NCBI GenBank assembly: GCA_965221125.1
Contig: CBDCRW010000004.1
Location: forward strand, 928,001-992,000
DNA: 64,000 nt
Reading direction: 5' to 3'
Source of the DNA: Alphaproteobacteria bacterium
GTDB taxonomy: Bacteria; Pseudomonadota; Alphaproteobacteria; UBA828
Shown here: piece after piece, positions 41,600 to 51,505 of the stretch
Numbering within the stretch: the stretch's first letter is position 1
Layout: each line of letters starts with the position of its first letter
Notes under the pieces: model-generated
The model's input: the letters and a program-made list of their open reading frames with translations, nothing else
Told to the model about the DNA's origin: nothing
The model's database searches: none
Program-made: the position numbers and the translations under genes

Positions 41600-43675
41600 C
41601 TACACCTCATCTATTCCTGTGGGGGCAAGGTTGCAGCTCGGTTTGCGCAGAGACAGCTTTCGCCCCGGTTGTTTGGTCGGCGGAGGGTCGGGAATCTCGT
41701 ACAAGTAGTCGGATCCGCCGGTGTAGGCGTGTCCGCGCAAGAGCCCGGCCTTGCGCCATTGGTTGACTGTGCCGACGGAGACCGCGAGGCGCTCGGCGGC
41801 CTCGTTGACCGTCAACAGCCCGCGATCGCGCAGCCGTTCATAGCGTGGCTTGAGAGCGTAGTTCGCTCGCAGCACCCCCACCAACTTCGGGGTAAAGGCG
41901 TGGCCGTAACCGCTTCGGTATCCGCGCTCGTTGAGGATTTTGGCGATCTCGCCATAGTTGTGGTCGTTCAACAGGCTGTCGACCTCGGCGACGATCTCGG
42001 CCTTGGTCTTGAAGGTCTCACATCCGAGAGGATCCGGCGCCCAGGTGAGCTGGCGGGTCGCGCCGCCGCGCAGACGCACCCCCAGGCTCCGCGTGGCCCT
42101 GGTCAGCGTCACGTCCTCGATCAGCAGCCGCGCCATCCGCTTGCGCTCGCGGTGCGGCGTCGCAGGATCGTTCCACAGGCGGGGGAAGTCGCTGGCCAGC
42201 GCGAGGATTCGCTTGCGTTGCCCTTCGTCCAACCCCTGGCCCGGATCCGCGCGGCTGCGCTCGAGCTCTCGCTGCGCCTCGTCCAGCGTCCGAAGCTTCG
42301 CGTTCCACTCCGCCTCCAGCACGTCGGCTACTATCCGGTTGTCGGGATGGGTCTGCATGAACCTCTGCCGCGCCAGGTCCGCTTCCTCGCGGGCGCGCTG
42401 CACTCGCTGAGCGCGCCACAGATCGGCCTCCTCGGCGCGCGCGGTGAGTTCGTCCTGCACCTGCAACGCCACCTCCAGCGTCAACGGCGTCATCAGCTCC
42501 ACCAGCAACTCGCCGACCGCGCGGTCGATGGCAGCGCCGGGGATGCTCTGACACCAGGCGCTCGCCGTCTGCGCACCTTCATGGCTGCACAGGTAGTAGG
42601 GGTGCAGCTCCTTTGATTTTTGCTTGTAGTAGCGCACCCCCATGCTCCGGCCGCACACGCCGCAGACAGCCAGTCCCTGCAGCAGTGCCGGCCCCTCGCG
42701 TGGGGGAGGGCGGCGCTCCGCGCCGCGCGCTCGGGCAGCATTGTTGTCGCGAAGCTGGCTCTCGTTCTGTTCGAACCGCTCCCAGGTGATGTAGCCCGGG
42801 TGCGCATCGCGCAGCTCCACCATCCATTCCTCACGTGGCAGACGTTGGGTCTCGACACCGCCGCCGGGACGCCGCCGGCTGCGGCTGCGCCCGTACGCGT
42901 AAGCGCCGGCGTATCGCGGATTGCGCAGCACTCGCAGTGCCCGCGCGAACCTCAGCGGCTTCCAATGCAGCTCGCCCTTGTGCGGCCCGTGGAGAGGACG
43001 GTAGGGGAAAAGCAGGTTCTCGGCCCTGAAATACTTGACCGTGGCATTAGCCGAGCCGAGCCGGGTGAAGGTATCGAAGAACAGGCGCAGGCTATGCTGC
43101 ACTTGTTCGTCGGGGTCGAGCACCACGTTGCCGAGCGGGTCATAGACCAGTCCCACCGGCAGCGGCAACTTCAACTCCCCACGCTTGGCCGCGTTCAGCG
43201 TCCCACCGCGCAGCCGGGCGCGCATCATGTGCAGCTCCGCTTCCGACATGGTCCCTTTGAGCCCGAGCAGGAGCCTGTCGTTGAAGTCTCCTGGATTGTA
43301 GAGGCCGTCCTCGTCGAGGATCAGCGTCTCGCTCAGGTCACAGATCTCGACCAGCCGATGCCACTCGGTGGAATTGCGCGCGAGCCTTGACACCTCGAGC
43401 CCGAGCACGATCCCGGCCCGGCCCAAGCTGACGTCGGCGACCAGACGCTGGAAGCCTTCGCGGTCCTTGTCGGCGCCGGACAGGCCCTGATCGCAATCGA
43501 TCACGACGACGTTCTCGGTCGGCCAGCCCAGGGCCACGGCCCGCTCGCGCAGCGCGTACTGGCGGCGCGTGCTCTCGCCATGTTCGAACACCTGGCGCAC
43601 GGTGGACTGACGCACGTACAGGTAAGCATCGCGGCTCAGGTGGTTCGCGCTCACCTTCTGATAGGCAGTGCTCAT
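41600..43675 (-). CDS. large serine recombinase (resolvase + recombinase + Zn ribbon + HTH)
   Basis: AYLYVRQST, D-x-GLSG, EVSRLARN, GTMSEAEL, LLQGLAVCGVCG, terminal HTH. Confidence 0.95.
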   Translation of the reverse strand: MSTAYQKVSANHLSRDAYLYVRQSTVRQVFEHGESTRRQYALRERAVALGWPTENVVVIDCDQGLSGADKDREGFQRLVADVSLGRAGIVLGLEVSRLARNSTEWHRLVEICDLSETLILDEDGLYNPGDFNDRLLLGLKGTMSEAELHMMRARLRGGTLNAAKRGELKLPLPVGLVYDPLGNVVLDPDEQVQHSLRLFFDTFTRLGSANATVKYFRAENLLFPYRPLHGPHKGELHWKPLRFARALRVLRNPRYAGAYAYGRSRSRRRPGGGVETQRLPREEWMVELRDAHPGYITWERFEQNESQLRDNNAARARGAERRPPPREGPALLQGLAVCGVCGRSMGVRYYKQKSKELHPYYLCSHEGAQTASAWCQSIPGAAIDRAVGELLVELMTPLTLEVALQVQDELTARAEEADLWRAQRVQRAREEADLARQRFMQTHPDNRIVADVLEAEWNAKLRTLDEAQRELERSRADPGQGLDEGQRKRILALASDFPRLWNDPATPHRERKRMARLLIEDVTLTRATRSLGVRLRGGATRQLTWAPDPLGCETFKTKAEIVAEVDSLLNDHNYGEIAKILNERGYRSGYGHAFTPKLVGVLRANYALKPRYERLRDRGLLTVNEAAERLAVSVGTVNQWRKAGLLRGHAYTGGSDYLYEIPDPPPTKQPGRKLSLRKPSCNLAPTGIDEV

Positions 43676-43974
43676 GCCAACTCTCCTTCCATATGGCCCT
43701 TGAGCATCGCGAGAAGAATGTCGATCAGCGACTTCTCGACCCCGCCGGGCAGCGGCTCGGTCGAGGCGCCGGCGCAAACGGCGGCCGGCGGGGCGGGCAA
43801 CTCGGCCACGGCGTGCAGCCAGGCCGCGACGCCGCGCAACGCCACCACGGCAAGCCCGTGACGGTTGTGCTCTGTGCCGGGCTCGACCGCATGACGGCGC
43901 AGCCGCTCGTAGCCGTCCCCATAGGCGGAATGTTCCAGCGGGAGCAGCCCGGCGAGCGGCGGCCGGCACTTCAT
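43672..43974 (-). CDS. hypothetical protein of the LSR element
   Basis: YERLR...GLAVVALRGVAAW; ATGA-coupled on both sides. Confidence 0.7.
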   Translation of the reverse strand: MKCRPPLAGLLPLEHSAYGDGYERLRRHAVEPGTEHNRHGLAVVALRGVAAWLHAVAELPAPPAAVCAGASTEPLPGGVEKSLIDILLAMLKGHMEGELA

Positions 43975-44432
43975 CGGCTTTTTTTTACCTGCGCGAGCAT
44001 GCGGCCGATGCTGCGGCGATGGATGGTGATGCCAAAGCGCGCGCGCACCAGATCGACCAGCGCGGCGGCGGTCAACTCCGGCTGTTCGCTCTTCGCCGCG
44101 AGCAGCGCCTCGACCACCTCGTCGCTGAGCTTGTGGCGTCGGCGGGGTCCCGGCTTCTCCGGCAGCAGGCCCGGCAGCCCGCCCGCATCGTAGGCGCGCT
44201 GCGCCTGGTACCAGGTGGGCCGCGAGACGCCGAAGCTGGCCGCGGCGTGGCTCACCGGCACGCCGTCCTCGCGCACACGGCGCAGCATCTCGTACCTGAC
44301 CTGGACCAGGTCGCGCGGGTCGAAGAACGCGTTGGACAGGAACAGCTCGTCGCGCACCGTCTCCGCGTTCGGGTTGAGGCAGCCGTGCTCCTTGAGGGAG
44401 CGGGTCTTGGCGTCGGCGGGGCGTCTGGCCAT
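43971..44432 (-). CDS. HTH domain protein of the LSR element
   Basis: FFDPRDLVQVRYEMLR...AAASFGVSRPTWYQ...GLPGLLPEKPGPR...IHRRSIGR. Confidence 0.85.
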   Translation of the reverse strand: MARRPADAKTRSLKEHGCLNPNAETVRDELFLSNAFFDPRDLVQVRYEMLRRVREDGVPVSHAAASFGVSRPTWYQAQRAYDAGGLPGLLPEKPGPRRRHKLSDEVVEALLAAKSEQPELTAAALVDLVRARFGITIHRRSIGRMLAQVKKSR

Positions 44433-44614
44433 TGCGTGGGCTCCGGCGGCGGAGGAATGTAAGTATATTTATGCACACCCCTGGCATCGCATCAAACCCT
44501 TTCTTGCCCCATATCGACGAAAACAGGCCGAAATACCGTGTATATTGGTCGATCATGACCGCCCTTCCAGTCCATACGACAACCTCCGACCGCCAGGTAT
44601 GGACAAAAACGCTC

Positions 44615-44923
44615 TTACACATGCGGCAAAATCTCCTTGACACCGCTCGCGCCGCCGGCCGCCTCCTTTCCAACCCTCTCGCCGCCGCCCAAGCCATCCA
44701 GCAACGCCGACAACGTCAGCAGATCCGAGACACGGAACGCCGACCGGCCCGCCGCTACCCGCGCAAACGGATCCACCGCTGCAACGCTGGTAAAAGCCTG
44801 ACGAATCGTGCGCAGCGTCCCGTCGTCAGCCGTGTAATGGACCAGCCCCACCCCAAGCATCGACGTGGTCTCGATCAGTTCGAACTCACGTCCGAGAAGA
44901 GGATGAAACGGGTGCGTCACCAC
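44615..44923 (-). CDS. DUF5372-like protein (5' end apparently supplied by the other element end)
   Basis: VTHPFHPL-x-G...DPF...GRSAFRVSDL; frame stays open to the element end at 44975. Confidence 0.75.
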   Translation of the reverse strand: MVTHPFHPLLGREFELIETTSMLGVGLVHYTADDGTLRTIRQAFTSVAAVDPFARVAAGRSAFRVSDLLTLSALLDGLGGGERVGKEAAGGASGVKEILPHV

Positions 44924-44975
44924 AAAGCGTTGCTGCTCAACGCATGAACGACGTGCAGTTGAAAGCCTGGTGCCG

Positions 44976-47331
44976 GCGCCTCGGACTCTGGGCCTCCGGC
45001 GAGACCCCCTTCGAGACCCGAACGGCCTTCGTCGCCGCCATGGAGGCCGGCGGCGTGGCGGCGATGGAGGTGGTGGCCCGCGACCTCAAGGCTTTGGGTC
45101 TCTACCAGGCCCGGGCCTTGAGCTACGACGGAGTCGAGGTCGACATCCTGGAACATCCGCTCACGCCGGAGCAGCGGCGCATCTACGACTCCTATGCGGG
45201 CGCCTTCAAGATCATCCACGCCAACATCCAGGATGCGCTGAAGGCGACCGGCATCGTCGACGGAGAGGCCACCCTCAACAAGAACGCCAAGTCCGCCGCG
45301 ATTTCGGCCTTCGAGGGCGCCAAGCAGCGCTTCTTCGGCCATCTGCTGACCTCCATGAAGTGCCCCTCGCTGATCCGCGCCATCGAGGCGGACCTCGACG
45401 GCGGACGGTCGGCGGTGGTGCAGCTGGTCTCCACCGGCGAGGCGCTGATGGAGCGGCGCATCGCGGAGATACCGGCCTCCGAGTGGGACGACCTCTCCAT
45501 CGACCTGACGCCCCGCGAGTACGTGCTCGACTTTCTCGAGCACGCCTTTCCGGTGCAGCTGCAGGAGCCCTTCGAGGACGATGACGGCAACCTCATGTCG
45601 CGCCCCGTCTTCGATGCCGACAACAACCCGGTGCTATGCCAGGAAGCCCTGGCCAAGCGCGACGCCCTGATCCAGAAGCTCGGCGCTCTGCCGCCGGTGC
45701 AGTCGGCGCTGGACCAGATCGTTCACCGCTTCGGGCACGACGCCGTGGCCGAGATCACCGGGCGTTCGCGCCGGGTGCTGAGGATCGAGGACGCGAAGGG
45801 CGAGCGCCTCGCGCTCCGATCGCGGCCCGCCTCCGCGAACTTGGCCGAGACCGCCGCCTTCATGGACGGGAGCAAGAAGATCCTGGTGTTCTCGATGGCG
45901 GGCGGCATCGGGCGCAGCTACCACGCCGATCTCGGCTGTCCCAATACCGAGCGCCGCATCCACTACTTGCTGGAGCCCGGATGGCGGGCCGACCAGGCGA
46001 TCCAGGGGTTGGGCCGGACCCATCGCACGCACCAAGCGTTCGCGCCGCTCTTCCGTCCCGTCGCCACCGACGTGAAGGGCGAGCGCAGGTTCATCGCCAC
46101 CATCGCGCGCAGGCTGGACAGCCTGGGCGCCATCACGCGGGGACAACGGGATTCCCAGACCGCCATGGGGGGCGACGACACCGCGCTGTTCAGGGCCAGC
46201 GACAACCTGGAGAGCCTCTACGCCAAGTCGGCGCTCAGGCAGTTCTACATCGCGCTTTGGCGGGGCCACATCGCGGGCTGGTCACTCAAGGACTTCGAGG
46301 AGGCCACCGGGCTCAAGCTCACTTACGAGGGCAACCTCAAGGAGGACCTGCCGCCCATGCCGCAGTTCCTCAACCGCCTGCTGGCGCTTCCCATCGACGA
46401 GCAGAACCAGCTCTTCGCCGCGCTCGAGACCCGGATCGAGGCCAACATCGAGATCGCCATCGAGGCCGGCACCTTCGAGCGCGGCGTCGAGACCATCGTT
46501 GCCGACTCTCTCTCGGTCGCCAGCCGCGAGTCCGTCTTCACCCACGACGGCTCCGGCGCCGAGACCGAGATCGTCGAGATCGCGCGCAAGGACCGGCTGG
46601 AGCCTCTCGCCGCCGATGCCGCCATCGAGCTCCACGCGACCACCTCCAGCAACCCGCCGCTTCTCATCGTCAACGCCCAGTCGAAGCGTGCGGCGCTGGT
46701 CATGGACGCGCCCGCGCGCACGCTCGACGACGGGGACGTGCAGGAGCGCGTGCGCCTGGTGCGTCCCGCCGCCCGAGAGACCATGGCCAGGGCGGCGCTG
46801 GAGGCCTCGCAGTGGCGCGCCGCCGGCGAGCACCGCTGGCGGGCCCTCTGGGACGCGGAGATCGCGGGCCTGCCGGCGCACCGCGAGTCCCGCTTCTGGC
46901 TGGTCGCCGGCCTGCTGCTGCCGATCTGGGATCGCCTGCCCGAAGAGAGCATGCGGGTCCGCCGCCTCGTCTGCGACGACGGCGAGCACCTGATCGGCCG
47001 CGTGCTCGGTCCCGCCGAGGTCACCCAGTTTCGTGCCGCGCTCGGTCTCGACGGCGGCCCCGGCCTCACCGCCGCCGAGGTCCACGACGAGATCATGAAA
47101 TGCGGCGCTTCCTTCCATCTCTCCAATGGCTGGAAGCTCGCGCGCCGCCGCCTGATGGGGGCCAACCGTATCGAGATCGTGGGCCCCACGGACGGCGATA
47201 CCGACGCGCTCAAGCGCATGGGCTGCATCGCCGAGATCGTCTCGTGGCGCACCCGACTGTTCGCGCCCGACCGCGAAACCCTGGAGCGCATCGTGGACCG
47301 CTGGTCCATCGCGGCGCCCGAGACGTCCTGA
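44976..47331 (+). pseudogene. strawberry-notch family protein, 3' part (helicase C-terminal domain)
   Basis: RLGLW...GGVAAMEVVARDLKALGLY, AEITGR, GWRADQAIQGLGRTHR, IARRLDSLGAITRGQR. Rejoined gene would be 1506 aa. Confidence 0.9.
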
Positions 47332-47424
47332 CATCCTGCCGCCGGCGCCGATCCGCCGCACGGCGCACGTTGCCGCCCGCATCCGCGCGGGCGGCTCCGC
47401 CCCACCGCAACAAGGACATATTCG

Positions 47425-47685
47425 ATGACCACGCACGAGCTACCCGAGGAGCCGGTCTACGCCTTCGCGCCCTCCTACGAGCTGCCCGACCAGCCGCAGC
47501 AGATCCGCATCGTCTTCGAGGGAATGGACGGCTACATCCCCACCGCGCTCGTAGCGCTCACTCTCGCCGATGCGGAGCGGCTGTGCGACAGGCTTAACCG
47601 GCGCCTCGGACTCGACCGCGACGCCTGGAGCCGGCTGGTCGCCCGATCCATGGCCACAGGTCCCCGCGACGAGACCCTGCACTGA
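47425..47685 (+). CDS. hypothetical protein (86 aa)
   Basis: AAGGA RBS; ...CDRLNRRLGL...LVARSM. Confidence 0.6.
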   Translation: MTTHELPEEPVYAFAPSYELPDQPQQIRIVFEGMDGYIPTALVALTLADAERLCDRLNRRLGLDRDAWSRLVARSMATGPRDETLH

Positions 47686-47800
47686 GAATTCGATCGTGGC
47701 CCGTCGTGCGTCCGGTCATGGCCCCACGGGCAAGCGAAAGTGGATCGAGCCGACTGGACGCTGCCGCCCGACAGCCGCCGAAGTACCACCCGCTTGCCCG

Positions 47801-47832
47801 ATGTCATATGCAGAAGTAAAAATGTACGACAT
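47801..47832 (+). promoter_or_regulatory. putative TA operator/promoter
   Basis: AT-rich patch with inverted repeat ATGTCATA...TACGACAT and TTGCCC just upstream, in front of the antitoxin gene. Confidence 0.4.
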
Positions 47833-47858
47833 TCCAACTCATGCCGCGCGAGGACGCC

Positions 47859-48152
47859 ATGCCCCTGGTCACCGTCAAGTCGAAGTTCCAGGTCACCATT
47901 CCCGCCAGACTGCGAAAGGGCATCGATCTTCGTGAGGGCGACATCATGGAGGCGACCCTCGTCGGCGACGGCATCCTCTTCCGCCCCAAGCAGGTGGTGG
48001 ACCGCGACGCGGCCGCCGACCGCATCGCGGCCGCGCTCGCCTCAAGACCGCCCTTGCCCGAGGACATCGGACGCTCCGAAGACGAGATCATGCAGGACGT
48101 CATCGCCGATATCGACGAATCGCGCCGGGAACGCCGCAGCCGTGAGACATGA
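47859..48152 (+). CDS. AbrB/MazE family antitoxin
   Basis: VTVKSKFQVTIPARLRKGIDLREGD...ILFRP. Confidence 0.85.
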   Translation: MPLVTVKSKFQVTIPARLRKGIDLREGDIMEATLVGDGILFRPKQVVDRDAAADRIAAALASRPPLPEDIGRSEDEIMQDVIADIDESRRERRSRET

Positions 48153-48541
48153 CGGTCGTCCTCGACTGCAACGTCATCGTGTCGGCGGCGCGCATCGACG
48201 GCACCTGCCGGGCAGTCGTCGACAACGTGGTACGGAACCACGATATCGTCCTCTCCGAGCCCGTCCTGGCCGAGTACAAGTCCGTCGCCGCACGGCCCAA
48301 ACACGCTGCCTACCGCGATGACTTGAAAGCGATGATCGGCGACATCGAGCGTGTAGCCGTCATCGTCGAGCCCTCCGATATCGCGTTCGGACTGCGCGAT
48401 CCCGACGACGAGATCTATCTCGCCACCGCGATGGCCGGCGGCGCCGTTCTGATCACGGGCAACACGCGCGACTTCACCGAGCCGCGATACGCGACGGTCG
48501 AGGTGCTCTCTCCACGCGCCTTCCTCGATCGGACCGCGTGA
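48149..48541 (+). CDS. PIN domain toxin
   Basis: VVLDCNVIVSA, LAEY, RDPDDE-x-YL, ITGNTRDF; ATGA-coupled to the antitoxin. Confidence 0.85.
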   Translation: MTVVLDCNVIVSAARIDGTCRAVVDNVVRNHDIVLSEPVLAEYKSVAARPKHAAYRDDLKAMIGDIERVAVIVEPSDIAFGLRDPDDEIYLATAMAGGAVLITGNTRDFTEPRYATVEVLSPRAFLDRTA

Positions 48542-48817
48542 ACGGCGCCGCTGCGGACTCACGCCCCCTCCCTGCCAGCCTCTGCCCGCCGCGCCCCTAC
48601 CGGCGCGCTCATCCCGCGCTTTGGCGGTCTCGTTCCTGCACGCAGGACACGCATTGCCGATCCGTGACCCGGCCGCGCCGCACCTGTCCCACCTGCCGGC
48701 GACGGCTGCTCCCCTCCCCGGCGATCCGACGAGCGCCGTCGCCGCTATCGCGGACCCGCGAGGAGAGTGGGTGACGAGCTTCCTTCGGGTGAAGCCATCC
48801 GAGGAGGGAGAGAACCC

Positions 48818-49363
48818 GTGACTCAGCTCGTCTATGCCGGCATCGGATCGCGCGCCACGCCATCGTCCGTGCTCGAAGTCATGACCACCATGGCCGCCTG
48901 GCTCGCACGCCGCGGCTGGCATCTGCATAGCGGCGGCGCGGCGGGGGCCGACACGGCCTTTGCGGCGGGAGCCCCGGCCGAGTGCCGTTCCGTGTTCCTG
49001 CCGTGGCCCGGATACCGCGGGAACGCGGGACCCGACTGCTGCACCCTCTCGCCCAACCGGATGCGCACCTGCCTCGCCATCGCCGCCGATCTGCATCCCG
49101 CATGGCACCGCTGCTCGCCCGCGGCGCGGAAGCTCCACGCCCGGAACGTGAGCATCCTCGCGGTGGACACCGACACGCCCGTCCATGCCGTGGTGGCGTG
49201 GACCGTCGGCGGAGCGGTGCGCGGCGGCACCGGGATGGGCATCCGCATCGCGCACGATCGCGGTATTCCCGTGTTGAACCTCGGCGTGCTCCACCCCCGT
49301 GCCGTGTGCGAGCGGTTGGAGGAGATCCGCGCCGCGGCATTCCCCGACACCCGCCGCGCCTGA
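48818..49363 (+). CDS. SLOG (DprA/Smf-like) family protein
   Basis: YAGIGSRATP, LHSGGAAGADTAF, FLPW, HP-x-W, LHARN, GGTG...IPVLNL. Confidence 0.8.
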   Translation: MTQLVYAGIGSRATPSSVLEVMTTMAAWLARRGWHLHSGGAAGADTAFAAGAPAECRSVFLPWPGYRGNAGPDCCTLSPNRMRTCLAIAADLHPAWHRCSPAARKLHARNVSILAVDTDTPVHAVVAWTVGGAVRGGTGMGIRIAHDRGIPVLNLGVLHPRAVCERLEEIRAAAFPDTRRA

Positions 49364-49395
49364 TCCGGCCCCCCCCTGGAAGATGGGAGCATGCC

Positions 49396-50114
49396 ATGAT
49401 CCGTTTCACGCACGGCGATATCTTCGCCCAGCCTGTCGAGGCCATCGTCAATCCCATCAATTGCGTCGGCGTCGCAGGCGCCGGCCTCGCCCTCCAGTTC
49501 AGGCGCCGCCACCCCGACGCCTTCCTCGCCTACCGCCGCGCCTGCGCTGAGGACCGGCTGCGGCCGGGCCGCATGTTCGTGTTCGACACCGGCCGCGACA
49601 GCCCCCGGTGGATCGTCCACTTCCCCACCAAGCGTCACTGGCGCGACCGCAGCGCGATCGGCGACATCGAGGCCGGGCTGCGCGGCCTCGCCGCGGCCCT
49701 CGCCGGCCGCGGCATCCGCTCCATCGCCATCCCGCCACTCGGGTGCGGGCTGGGCGGTCTCGACTGGCGCGCTGTGCGCCCCCTCGTGACCGCCTGTCTC
49801 GCGGACCTGCCGGGCACGGTCATCGTTCTCGAGCCGGCGCCGGAGGCGGAGCCGCGCGCAGGTGCGGGCGTCCGCTTACGGGAGGAGAGAGAGCCCATGA
49901 CGCGCGATACCACGAGCATCTTCGACCACGGCGCCACGCTGGTGCCCGATATCATCACCGAGGCCGAGGAGGAGCGCATCCTGCTGCGCATCTCCCAGGC
50001 GCCCTGGATGACCGACCTCAGCCGCCGCGTTCAGCATTACGGCTACCGATACGACTACAGGGCGCCGGGCAACGGCCGCCACGCCCCGGCTCCGCCCTTC
50101 CCGCGGTGGGCCAC
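49396..50114 (+). pseudogene. Macro domain (DarG/TARG1-like) in frame with the AlkB N-terminus; interrupted by RIT
   Basis: GDIF...IVNPINCVGVAGAGLA...FPTKRHWR...SIAIPPLGCGLGGLDW; then LSRRVQHYGYRYDY. Confidence 0.85.
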
Positions 50115-50196
50115 TAATGTGCTGGTGGACCATATGTTGCGGTCAGCCCGGTACCCCCCGGCCAGCGCGGAGAGGCCCGGAATCACCGCAACATTA
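50115..50196. repeat. RIT left 82-bp inverted repeat
   Basis: Exact reverse complement of 53444-53525. Confidence 0.95.
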
Positions 50197-50254
50197 TTTT
50201 CTCGCCAATGCTACGTGAGCATGATTGTGAGACCTGCAACAGGGAGCCACAATC

Positions 50255-51505
50255 ATGTTCGAAGAACTCTTCTCAGTTCCTCACGTCATCGAGAGATACC
50301 GCGTAGCAGCACTTGTCGAAGACCGGCTGCGATATCTCCAGCATCTAAAGGACACAGGTTCCGGTCGAAGAACCTTGAGGGACAACGCAATCAACCAACT
50401 CAGCTTGGTGCGCCTTCTCGATTTGAAAGATGGCGATAGAGTAAGTGTCCGCGAAGTCGAGCTCGCGGCAGCGAAGTGGTCGCAACCGGGAGGGCGTAGA
50501 TGGAAACGGGCCGCTTCATCCAAGAGCAAGTCAAGGTTTACGCATCACGCGCTCCAATGGTTACGTTTTCTTGGCGCGCTCGACGAACCCGATAACGTGC
50601 GTCATCCCTATGGTGACGAGGTTGCGGTATATCAGCAGTGGATGCGCGAAGAGCGCGGATTGTCCGAACAGACAATCCGCACCCAACTATTCAACGTCAA
50701 GATCTTCTTCGATTGGTTGGCGGTCAGTGAAACACCACTAGCTTCTGTTAAGGTGACCGATATCGACTCTGCCATTGCGGCGAGGCATGCTCAGGGAACC
50801 TGCAATCGAAGGACGATACACGACTACGCCCGACATCTAAAAAGCTTCATTCGTTTCGCCGAGGACCGTAGCTGGTGCAGGCCAGGAATGGCCAAGGGCA
50901 TAAGGCCACTAAGGATGTATCCCGACGAGACAGTGCCGAAAGGGATTAGTCGAACAAATGTCCTGCGCTTGCTGGAGACCACCGAAGGTAACCGGCCAGT
51001 TGACAAGCGCGACCGCGCTATTCTGATGCTGTTGATCGCCTACGGGTTGCGGGCTGGTGAAGTTAGTGCCCTACGCCTCGATGACCTTGACTGGGAAAAG
51101 GAGACCTTGACGGTCCGGCGTTCGAAGTCGGGGCGAACAAATCTCTATCCCCTTTCCCGAGGCGTCGGACAAGCGACCCTCCGCTACATCCTCGAGGTCC
51201 GTCCCAAGCGTCCTGAACGCACCCTCTTCTTCACCCTTGTAGCCCCTATTCGACCGGTCACCCCGGGGGCGTTGTGGGAAATCGTCAGCAAACGTTTAGG
51301 GAGCCTGGGTATTGTAACTGGACCCCGGGGACCGCACGCTCTGCGGCATGCGGCGGCCCAGCATCTTCTTGACCAAGGCATGTCGATGAAGGTGATTGGA
51401 GATTTTCTGGGACACCGTGACCCTGACTCCACCGCAACCTACGCCAAAGTGAATCTTTCCGCCCTTCGGGAAGTGGCTGACTTCGACTTGGAGGGCCTGG
51501 CATGA
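50255..51505 (+). CDS. RIT tyrosine recombinase A
   Basis: YGLRAGE, SKSG, HALRH, LGH, TATYAKV. Confidence 0.9.
   Translation: MFEELFSVPHVIERYRVAALVEDRLRYLQHLKDTGSGRRTLRDNAINQLSLVRLLDLKDGDRVSVREVELAAAKWSQPGGRRWKRAASSKSKSRFTHHALQWLRFLGALDEPDNVRHPYGDEVAVYQQWMREERGLSEQTIRTQLFNVKIFFDWLAVSETPLASVKVTDIDSAIAARHAQGTCNRRTIHDYARHLKSFIRFAEDRSWCRPGMAKGIRPLRMYPDETVPKGISRTNVLRLLETTEGNRPVDKRDRAILMLLIAYGLRAGEVSALRLDDLDWEKETLTVRRSKSGRTNLYPLSRGVGQATLRYILEVRPKRPERTLFFTLVAPIRPVTPGALWEIVSKRLGSLGIVTGPRGPHALRHAAAQHLLDQGMSMKVIGDFLGHRDPDSTATYAKVNLSALREVADFDLEGLA

Larger units (their letters stand above)
41585..44975 (-). mobile_element. large-serine-recombinase mobile element (4 genes)
   Basis: Removing it at a duplicated CG (41583-84 / 44974-75) restores GLAYARRLGLW in frame. 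Symmetric imperfect half-sites lie 7 bp inside each end. Confidence 0.9.

Noticed and set aside
44944-44975. ATG at 44944 as a genuine start for a 795-aa helicase
   Set aside because: It lies inside the inserted element's end without a clear RBS; the ORF is the 3' half of the interrupted gene.
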